Below, one piece after another: positions 56,600-64,000 of a stretch of 64,000 nucleotides of DNA (position 1 is the first letter of the stretch; each line of letters starts with the position of its first letter). Location of the stretch: assembly GCA_963676835.2 (NCBI GenBank), contig CAXXFF010000001.1, positions 64,001 to 128,000 of the forward strand. The letters are read 5' to 3'. The notes under the pieces are model-generated. The model did not search any database, was not told the origin of the DNA, and saw only the letters and a program-made list of their open reading frames with translations. The translations under genes were made by a program, and so were the position numbers. This DNA is from Marispirochaeta sp. (GTDB taxonomy: Bacteria > Spirochaetota > Spirochaetia > JC444 > Marispirochaetaceae).

Positions 56600-57937
56600 C
56601 TAAATATTTCCACCAAATTGTGACATCATCTGAGCCTGAAGTTTCTTGTTCCGTGTCATTTTCTTCATCATCAGACGCATCTTTTCAAACTTCTTGATAA
56701 GCCGGTTAACGTGAAAAACGGATGTACCGCTCCCCGAGGCGATCCGCTTACGCCTTGAAGGTCCGATAATCCGGTGATTCTCCCGTTCCTGAAGAGTCAT
56801 TGATAAAATAATTGCCTCTTCCCGCTTCATCTCCCCGGTATCAATGGCATCCTCGTCGATATTCCCTTTCATACCGGGGATCATTTCGACAAGAGATTGC
56901 AGACTACCCATTTTTTTAATTCTTGTAAACTGCTCCAGATAGTCCTGCAGGGTAAATGTGGCAGACTGCAGCTTTCGGTTAAGCTCTTCCGCCTCTTCGG
57001 CCTCGATTGTGTCCTGGGCTTTTTCTACAAGACTGACTACATCGCCCATGCCGAGAATACGACCGGCGATCCGTTCAGGATAAAAAGTCTCAAGATCATC
57101 GATCTTTTCACCCATACCGATAAACTTGATCGGTTTTTTGGTAACACTTTTCAGTGAAAGGGCCGCACCGCCCCTGGTATCGGAGTCAAACTTTGTAAGA
57201 ATAACTCCGCTTATGCCAACCTTTTCGTTGAATTCCTTTGCAATTTCAACAGCCTGTTGACCGGTCATTGCATCGGCCACCAGCAGGGCTTCTTCCGGCT
57301 TCAGAACATTATTAATATCCTGAATCTCTTTCATAAGGGATGCATCAAGATGCATTCTTCCCGAGGTATCAACTATAAGGGTATTGTATCCCTCTTTTTT
57401 GGCATGCCCCTGGGCTTTCTTAACTACCTTTACCGGGTTCTTTTCACCATCAATGCTGAATACATCAACGCCGGCCTGTTCGCCAAGAACATGAAGCTGC
57501 TTAACCGCAGCAGGTCGTACAAGGTCGGCCGCAACAAGAAGAGGCTTACGTCCTTCTTTTTTCAGCTTAAGGGCAAGCTTTGCTGTTGTAGTTGTCTTTC
57601 CAGACCCCTGAAGCCCCATGAACAGTATGGTACTGAGGGTATCCGGCCCTTTGAGTTCCAGCTGTTCATTCTCTGAACCCAGCAGGGTGACCATCCGGTC
57701 GTGGACTGCCTTGATAAACTGCTGTCCGGGATTAACCGAACGAAGAACCTTTTCGCCAAGGGCTTCTTCGATGGTCTGGTTGACAAAGCGCCGTACAACC
57801 CGAAGATTCACATCGGCTTCAAGGAGAGCAATCTTGATCTGCTCTACCGCATCCTGAATATTCTTTTCACTGATGGATGCTTTACCCTGAACCTGACGAA
57901 CCACGTCTGAAAATGTCTGTGTAAGCTTGTCAAACAT
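56600..57937 (-). CDS. ffh: Signal recognition particle protein
   Basis: GLQGSGKTT, DTSGR, TKFD, M domain. Confidence 0.97.
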   Translation of the reverse strand: MFDKLTQTFSDVVRQVQGKASISEKNIQDAVEQIKIALLEADVNLRVVRRFVNQTIEEALGEKVLRSVNPGQQFIKAVHDRMVTLLGSENEQLELKGPDTLSTILFMGLQGSGKTTTTAKLALKLKKEGRKPLLVAADLVRPAAVKQLHVLGEQAGVDVFSIDGEKNPVKVVKKAQGHAKKEGYNTLIVDTSGRMHLDASLMKEIQDINNVLKPEEALLVADAMTGQQAVEIAKEFNEKVGISGVILTKFDSDTRGGAALSLKSVTKKPIKFIGMGEKIDDLETFYPERIAGRILGMGDVVSLVEKAQDTIEAEEAEELNRKLQSATFTLQDYLEQFTRIKKMGSLQSLVEMIPGMKGNIDEDAIDTGEMKREEAIILSMTLQERENHRIIGPSRRKRIASGSGTSVFHVNRLIKKFEKMRLMMKKMTRNKKLQAQMMSQFGGNI

Positions 57938-58035
57938 ACGAAGCGCTTTTATCCCTACCCGAAAGTTTTAGGGGTATTTATATATGAAAAAGTGCATCAG
58001 TGTCAATGCCGACGGCGTGGATGATCTTGATTAAA

Positions 58036-59400
58036 TCACCGTACAAGAAGGAAATGTCTTTCTATATATTTCTTTCTGTAATGTGCCTTTTCCCAGAATG
58101 TACTCAGCGGAAAATCACTGAGAAGACGGTCATAGACACGAACCGCCTTTGTGTAATTTTCTACATTTTCATAGGTTTCATACTCATTACCCAGTTTAAA
58201 CAGAATATAATCAAGACCGCTGAAATCGCTTAAACCCTGGACAATCTCATCCAATAACGCTGTTTTATCCGGGGAAAGAAGATCACCGGAAAGTTTTTCC
58301 GTAAGGTTCAGAAATTTAATCTGCTCCCCGGAGTCCAAAGAGTAGACATCAGCCATTATATCATCAGGCAGTTCCTCACTGCTTAGAAAGCCGAGAATGT
58401 ACAGATACGGCAGCAGGGAATGAGATCTGCTTTCTGAATAAAGCTTTTTAAACCAGGCCAATCCCTGCTTAAGCGTGTTATCATCAACATTACCCGTCCG
58501 CGATGGATCTCCCTGGATCAGGATTTCAGACCAGGCTGTATCAGCATCCTGCCAGATGCCGGCCACAGTATCATCACTGCCTGCATCGGGGTCTTGTTTT
58601 TCACTGTTTTCCACCGGGGATATGCTGCCGGTAACCTTTTGGATAAATATGTCCGGCTCTACCACCTCTACACTGCGTATTTCAATGGAGGCAGCTTCAG
58701 GACTTGATGTGCCCAGAACAAACTTCAAACGGTACCTGCCGGTCTCTCCGGCGGTAAAAATGAGCCTGTCGCCGTTGTCCTCCCTGGAACGGCCTTCATA
58801 TTTTATACCATTTCCGGCAGGAGAAAGTGCAGTGAACAACCAGGGGCTGTTATCAAGATAGATGGAAAACCTGTCACCCGGGCGGGCATAGATATCCGGC
58901 GGACCCATTGCGTCAGAAGAATCCCCTAGCTCTTCTGATTTTTGAGGAGTGCTGACCCCGGCAAGCTGTTCTCCCGGGGCCTGAAGGGAAGTTATTTCAG
59001 ATTTAACCTGCTGAGCCGGTTCTTCAGGGGCTTTTCCTTCAGGTAGCTGAAGATTCTCCGGGACAGTTGTAGTCTTTACCTCACTTCTTTGCTCATCCCT
59101 TACCTCATCCCTTACCTCATCCCTTACCTCATCCCTTTCGTCAGGCTGCTGTACACTCCGGGGAGAATCCTGCGGTGGTTCAATTAAAAGATCTTGTGAA
59201 AAAGGTATTGCAGGAGGAGGGCCTGGCAGATAGGAAAAAGAGTACCCCGGCAGCGGTACTTCAGGTATATCAGGAGTCTCTGAGTAAACCGCAATTATCA
59301 TAAAGAAGAAACACAGACTATAATGAACGGTTGATTTCACCAGTGAATTACGGCACATCGGCAAAGATATCATCCAAAAGTTTTTCATTTTCCTTTGCAA
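58036..59400 (-). CDS. Hypothetical exported protein with C-terminal TPR-like helices (start uncertain, likely ~59340)
   Basis: Hydrophobic N-terminal segment, low-complexity linker, A..Y..L...FP.S.FWEKA. Confidence 0.65.
   Translation of the reverse strand: MQRKMKNFWMISLPMCRNSLVKSTVHYSLCFFFMIIAVYSETPDIPEVPLPGYSFSYLPGPPPAIPFSQDLLIEPPQDSPRSVQQPDERDEVRDEVRDEVRDEQRSEVKTTTVPENLQLPEGKAPEEPAQQVKSEITSLQAPGEQLAGVSTPQKSEELGDSSDAMGPPDIYARPGDRFSIYLDNSPWLFTALSPAGNGIKYEGRSREDNGDRLIFTAGETGRYRLKFVLGTSSPEAASIEIRSVEVVEPDIFIQKVTGSISPVENSEKQDPDAGSDDTVAGIWQDADTAWSEILIQGDPSRTGNVDDNTLKQGLAWFKKLYSESRSHSLLPYLYILGFLSSEELPDDIMADVYSLDSGEQIKFLNLTEKLSGDLLSPDKTALLDEIVQGLSDFSGLDYILFKLGNEYETYENVENYTKAVRVYDRLLSDFPLSTFWEKAHYRKKYIERHFLLVR
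59092..59137. repeat. In-frame 12-bp tandem repeat (3.8 copies)
   Basis: (CTCATCCCTTAC)n encoding RDEV repeats. Confidence 0.9.
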
Positions 59401-59716
59401 GCAGATCGGAGACTACCGGTTCCAGAGGTATCCAGTAGCGCGAAATTTCTTCATCCGTCCAGGCCGATCGTCGTTCTCTGATAAGAACAGGATCTGTTGG
59501 AAAAAGCTGCAGCTTCTCAACCGGCACCATAAGCCGGTTGTAAGGAAAATCATCTCGCTGCAGACTGTTTCCAGCTCCGGTCAAATGGTCAGGCAGCGCT
59601 GGTTTATGCCAGAAAAGAAAGAGCAGAATAACCGCCAGCATGGCAGTACCTGTAACGGAGATCAGGTAGATAAGCATGCCGCGGCTCAACTCTATATTTC
59701 TGATCTTCTCCAGCAT
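59348..59716 (-). CDS. Hypothetical membrane-anchored protein
   Basis: N-terminal TM; immediately downstream of smc. Confidence 0.7.
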   Translation of the reverse strand: MLEKIRNIELSRGMLIYLISVTGTAMLAVILLFLFWHKPALPDHLTGAGNSLQRDDFPYNRLMVPVEKLQLFPTDPVLIRERRSAWTDEEISRYWIPLEPVVSDLLAKENEKLLDDIFADVP

Positions 59717-59719
59717 TAA

Positions 59720-62587
59720 CTATTCCTCTTCCTCCGCAGCTTCATCATCCATGGCAAGTTCAAGTTCCCTGGAGTCTTCATCCAGTTCTTCCTGATCGAA
59801 CCCGCCCCCGCGATCTACCCTGATGGCGATAATCTTGGAGATACCCGACTCTTCCATGGTGATACCAAGCAGCGTCTGAGCTCCGGCAACGGTTTTCTTG
59901 TTATGGGTAATAACAATAAACTGGGATGAGTTTGCAAATTCCATCAGCATATTAACGAAGCGTCCTACGTTATTTTCATCCAGAGCAGCGTCAATCTCAT
60001 CAAGAATACAGAAAGGTGACGGACGAACCATGTAGGTGGCAAAAAGCAGCGCTACCGCCGTAAGTGATCGCTCGCCACCGGAAAGGAGTGTAATATTTTC
60101 GAGCCTTTTACCCGGAGGCTGGGCAAAAATTTCTATTCCGGAATCCAGCACGTGATCAGGATCGGAAAGCTTCAGTTCCGCCCTGCCGCCTCCGAAAAGT
60201 CTGCGGAAGGTAACGTGAAAGTTCTTTTTAATCTTTTCATAGGTAGACAGGAAAAGCTCTGATGATTCTGTTCGTATCTGCTTTGTGATAGAGTTAAGAT
60301 CCTCCCGGGCCTTTCTCAAATCCTGTAGTTGCCCCTCAAGAAAATCATAGCGCTCCTTCACCTCGGTAAACTCTTCCACGGCCATCAGGTTTACATGGCC
60401 GAGATTCTTCAGGTTTTCCCTGTTTTTACTCAGTTCATCCCTAAGGCTGCGCATATCCTCCTGAATTTCGAACATGCGGTCTTCGAACTCTTTCAGGTCC
60501 CGGGAGTGCTTTTCGCGGAAGTTTTCGAACAGGTTCCGTATCTCGGTTTTTACAGTGCTTAACTCCACATGAACCTTTTCCACCATGGACTGAGTCTGGG
60601 CAAGGCTGGACATACGGTCCTTAAGGCTTTTTTCCTTTTTCAGGGCGTCCTTGTTCCGCAGACTTATTCCCTTTTCCAGCTCATCAAGATTCTTCCGAAG
60701 GAGTTTCTCCTCCTCGATAATGGTATTGTGACGGTTCTGCAGTTCCTGAATACGTTTTTCTGTAGTGGCAAGCTTGGCGGCTGTCTCGTCAGCATCTGCC
60801 TGATTTTCTTCCATGGCAGTAACGGAAACATGTATTTCCTTTTCTGTCTGGGCAAGAACATCTTCCGCTGCGGTTATCTGGGCAGATACCTGGGCAGTTG
60901 ATACCCTCAGATCCTCCAGAGTACGGCGGTATTCTTCAATCCTGGTAAACAGTGCCCGGTTTGCCTGCTGAAGTTCAGCTATCTTCTCTCTTGATTCAAC
61001 GATCTCCTTGCGGGCTTTGTCGATTTTATCGTCAATATCCCGTTTCAGGGTCATGGTACCCTCGGGAGCAAGAAAGTCATCCAGAAAGCCCGGGATTGTA
61101 CTGGTGTACTGGCCGAACTCACCCTCTAAGCCGGTAATATCTTCAAGAGCCTCTTCCAGCCCTCCACGTATAGCCTTTAAGAGTTCCGCCCGCTCTTTTT
61201 CTGCAATTTCCGAAAGAGAACCAAGATCCCCGATGAGATCCAGACGTCCCTTAACATGGATACGGATCTTTTCAATCCGTTCCTTGACCTGTTTCTCGAC
61301 CCGGACTCTTTCTGTGTTGGAGTAGCCGCTCTCGGCGAGTTTGCTGTCAAGCTGGCTTACAATATCGTCGGTTATACCCCGCAGCTGTTCCTGCAGTGTC
61401 TCGAGACTCGCATCGAGATCACGGATATTCTGCTCCAGTGTTTTAATTGCATCTTCATTACTGCGGATGGTTGCCTGAGAACTTTTTACCCGTTCTTCAA
61501 ACTCGGCAATATTATTTTTAATTGTTTCGCGCCGTTTTTTAAGCTCTTCTATGACCGATTTCTTCTCTATCAGCGCAGCCTCAAGTTCACTTTTTCGCTC
61601 TTCCAGCTGCTTCTGGCGGTTTTTACAGTACTCCAGGTGTCGGTTGAGTTCTCCTCTCCGCTCCTGAATAATGGCCTGTTGATTCTGCAGGTTACCTTTT
61701 TCTACATCGATACCATAAAGTTTCTTCTGATTTTCAATAAGAGAACTCTCCATGGTATTTACCTGGTCCAGATTCTCTTCAAGATTCTCGTTTATTGCAT
61801 CGATTTCCGCTTTAATCTTGTCCCGCTCTGCACTCTTTTCCGACAATAGCTGCTCACGGCTATGCTCATCCTCCAGAAAACCTTTCAGTTTCAGCAGCTG
61901 AATCTTCAGCTCCAGATCAAAGATAGTCTCCCGGTAACCCCGGTACAGTTCGGTTTTCTCCGCCTGTTTCTTAAGAGAGTCATAGGAGCGCTTAACCTCA
62001 CTGAGGATGCTTTCCACCTGGCGCATATTCTCTTCAGTGCGGGTAAGCTTCCGCTCAGCCTCTGCACCTTTAACTTTATACTTGGTTATTCCTGCGGCTT
62101 CTTCAAATATGTAACGCCGTTCTTCCGGCTTGTTGGAAAGAATCTGGTCAATCTTGCCCTGCTCCATAATTGAATAGGCGGATTTACCCACACCGGTATC
62201 GAAAAACAGTTCCCGCAACTCCCGCAGCTTTACCGGGGTACTGTTAACAAAATATTCGCTCTCCCCGGAGCGGTAGAGTCGGCGTTTTATGGCTATCTCC
62301 GGCATATCCATGGGAAGAAGCCCCTCATCATTACTGAGGGTAAGAGTTACTTCGGCAACATTAAGAGCTTTGCGCTGCTCGGTACCGTTAAAAATAACAT
62401 CTTCCATGCGGTCGGCCCGGAGGGTTCGGGAAGACTGCTCACCAAGCACCCACTTGATAGAATCGACTATATTGCTTTTTCCGCAGCCGTTGGGACCAAG
62501 AAGGGCCGAAATACCCGGAGAAAAGTCTATTTTTACTCTGTCTGCAAAAGATTTAAAGCCGAAAATCTCAATATTCTTTAAGAACAC
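59720..62587 (-). CDS. smc: Chromosome segregation protein SMC (short form)
   Basis: GFKSFAD, GPNGCGKSN, coiled coils, LLSGGE, ILDEIDAALD, ITH. Confidence 0.93.
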   Translation of the reverse strand: MFLKNIEIFGFKSFADRVKIDFSPGISALLGPNGCGKSNIVDSIKWVLGEQSSRTLRADRMEDVIFNGTEQRKALNVAEVTLTLSNDEGLLPMDMPEIAIKRRLYRSGESEYFVNSTPVKLRELRELFFDTGVGKSAYSIMEQGKIDQILSNKPEERRYIFEEAAGITKYKVKGAEAERKLTRTEENMRQVESILSEVKRSYDSLKKQAEKTELYRGYRETIFDLELKIQLLKLKGFLEDEHSREQLLSEKSAERDKIKAEIDAINENLEENLDQVNTMESSLIENQKKLYGIDVEKGNLQNQQAIIQERRGELNRHLEYCKNRQKQLEERKSELEAALIEKKSVIEELKKRRETIKNNIAEFEERVKSSQATIRSNEDAIKTLEQNIRDLDASLETLQEQLRGITDDIVSQLDSKLAESGYSNTERVRVEKQVKERIEKIRIHVKGRLDLIGDLGSLSEIAEKERAELLKAIRGGLEEALEDITGLEGEFGQYTSTIPGFLDDFLAPEGTMTLKRDIDDKIDKARKEIVESREKIAELQQANRALFTRIEEYRRTLEDLRVSTAQVSAQITAAEDVLAQTEKEIHVSVTAMEENQADADETAAKLATTEKRIQELQNRHNTIIEEEKLLRKNLDELEKGISLRNKDALKKEKSLKDRMSSLAQTQSMVEKVHVELSTVKTEIRNLFENFREKHSRDLKEFEDRMFEIQEDMRSLRDELSKNRENLKNLGHVNLMAVEEFTEVKERYDFLEGQLQDLRKAREDLNSITKQIRTESSELFLSTYEKIKKNFHVTFRRLFGGGRAELKLSDPDHVLDSGIEIFAQPPGKRLENITLLSGGERSLTAVALLFATYMVRPSPFCILDEIDAALDENNVGRFVNMLMEFANSSQFIVITHNKKTVAGAQTLLGITMEESGISKIIAIRVDRGGGFDQEELDEDSRELELAMDDEAAEEEE

Positions 62588-62745
62588 CTATGCCGTTCCT
62601 GTATTACTGGTTTGGTTTGTTTCAACATTTATTATGCCTGTACTCTATCTAACACTAGCTACTCTCTATCGTCAAGTTAAGCGAACAAAAAGCAGTCCCC
62701 CATTTGCAGTATACAAAGAGGTTCGGTGTGTATAATCTTATGGTC

Positions 62746-63297
62746 ATGTCACTTTTATGCGGTATAGACGAAGCAGGCAGAGGCCCCGTTGCGGGCCCGG
62801 TAACAGCAGCTGCCGTGATTCTTCCGGATAACTTTCCTGTTAATCTGCTTAACGATTCCAAAAAACTGACCCTGAAATCCAGGGAAAGAGTCCTGAAAAT
62901 GATGTTTTCAATGAATGTTCCCGTGGGTATCGGCTGGTCCTGGCCTGAAGAAATTGACCGTATCAATATACATAATGCAACCCTGCTTGCCATGGCCAGA
63001 GCCTATACAGAACTTAAGGTCACCGCCGATAAAGCCGTTATAGACGGACTCTATGTCCCGCAGCTGCCGATCCCGGCGGAGGCAAAGGTAAAGGCCGATG
63101 CCTCGGTACCGGAAGTTATGGCTGCTTCCATCGCTGCAAAAGTAATCAGAGACAGATGGATGATCCGCTATTCATGGTTCGAGCCGGATTACGGCTATGA
63201 CAGGCATAAAGGCTATCCCACAAAAAGTCACCGTGAAGCGTGTATAAAGTATGGACCAAGCCCTATTCAGCGAATGAGCTTCAGAATAAGGCTTTAG
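62746..63297 (+). CDS. rnhB: Ribonuclease HII
   Basis: GIDEAGRGP, NDSKKL, IDG, AASIAAKV.RD, KGYPT. Confidence 0.95.
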   Translation: MSLLCGIDEAGRGPVAGPVTAAAVILPDNFPVNLLNDSKKLTLKSRERVLKMMFSMNVPVGIGWSWPEEIDRINIHNATLLAMARAYTELKVTADKAVIDGLYVPQLPIPAEAKVKADASVPEVMAASIAAKVIRDRWMIRYSWFEPDYGYDRHKGYPTKSHREACIKYGPSPIQRMSFRIRL

Positions 63298-63300
63298 CCC

Positions 63301-63606
63301 TCAGCTGTCGGCTCTCTTTTCTTCAGGGTTATTCTGCTTTTTGTTTTTACTGGTTACCTTAACGGTGGCTGGTGCTTTTTTCTTGTCCTGCATGAAACCA
63401 ACGGCCTTATGAAACTCATTAACAAAATCTTCCAGATCTTCACTGAAAACTATTACCGAGTGCCGTTCAAAGCCTGATCCCTCGTTTTTTTTACTTTCAA
63501 CTATATTTAAGAAGAGGTCACCATGACGGTTCTCTTTAACATTAAAAAAATAGGTTCTCTTACCAACTGATGTCTTTGATGAAAAGACCTCCCCGCGAAT
63601 TCCCAT
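63301..63606 (-). CDS. DUF3276/PUR-like nucleic-acid-binding protein
   Basis: GEVFS..GKRTYFFNVKE...GDLFL.IVES...FERH. Confidence 0.85.
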   Translation of the reverse strand: MGIRGEVFSSKTSVGKRTYFFNVKENRHGDLFLNIVESKKNEGSGFERHSVIVFSEDLEDFVNEFHKAVGFMQDKKKAPATVKVTSKNKKQNNPEEKRADS

Positions 63607-63752
63607 ACATCCCTTCCTTAAAAATCCCCTCAATGGCGGGTTACCAGAATAGCAAAAATAGTATATGAATCGGGCCTCAGATTCAAGCTGATGAGGGCTG
63701 AATTTACCACCCTATTCTTGTGCAGAAGCTTCAGATGGAATAAGCTGTTTTT

Positions 63753-64000
63753 ATGGATACGGAAAAGAAGCTCTGTGCCGCCCACGAATGCTCTGCTTTA
63801 TCGCTGAGCTTTTCAGATTATTGTGCGGTTCATATGGAAGATAAATGTGCCCATTTTGAGAAGGTCAGAGAACAGCTTTCCAGTTTTACCGACCATAACG
63901 ATCTTTTTCTCATCGATATTGACTTTGACAACATCAACCTTGAAGGGCACAGAGTGATGGACTGCCGCTTTGATTACTCGGTTTTCAGAAACTGCAGCTT
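63753..64000 (+). CDS. Probable pentapeptide-repeat protein, N-terminal part (runs off window)
   Basis: MDTEKKLC....C.......DYCAVH then F/L-periodic IDFDNINLEG...CRFDYSVFRNCS. Confidence 0.6.
   Translation, partial: MDTEKKLCAAHECSALSLSFSDYCAVHMEDKCAHFEKVREQLSSFTDHNDLFLIDIDFDNINLEGHRVMDCRFDYSVFRNCS

Noticed and set aside
62746..63297. rnhB displaced from the usual rplS-rnhB position as a sign of mobility
   Set aside because: No mobile-element traces; ordinary rearrangement is sufficient
63640..63750. Possible small RNA between the DUF3276-like and pentapeptide genes
   Set aside because: Only a weak hairpin; consistent with a divergent promoter region

Overview
Chromosomal window of a spirochaete (FlaB flagellin, short SMC, FlgD-Ig/OmpA giant protein and other typical spirochaete genes). 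Housekeeping flanks are dnaG-mltG-...-tRNA-Tyr (1-7.3 kb) and tRNA-Thr-map-...-flaB-cca-rnc-acpP-rpmF-coaD-...-rplS-trmD-rimM-khpA-rpsP-ffh-smc-rnhB (39.7-64 kb). They enclose about 32 kb of accessory DNA in three layers. (1) A sigma54-driven sugar-type ABC/amidohydrolase operon with a divergent response regulator and an unusual soluble ABC-ATPase/PAS/histidine-kinase fusion (7.4-16 kb). (2) A mosaic conflict/stress island built around a WYL regulator (16-25.8 kb). It has three copies of a palindromic CG(A/T)CA-N5-TGTCG operator sitting 10-11 bp from -10 hexamers of genes for a DnaB-like ATPase, Nudix + ADP-ribosylglycohydrolase and small unknown proteins. VapBC and a RhuM cassette are each flanked by duplicated gene ends. 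(3) An IS3-truncated prophage-like element integrated next to tRNA-Thr(TGT) (27-39.7 kb). It carries two tyrosine recombinases, ParB, two DNA methyltransferases, a repressor switch, a BRCT/TcmP/radical-SAM cargo and a ~470-nt structured region containing one tRNA-Met(CAT) plus two further tRNA-like modules. All product calls are from motif recognition by eye; no database searches were run.
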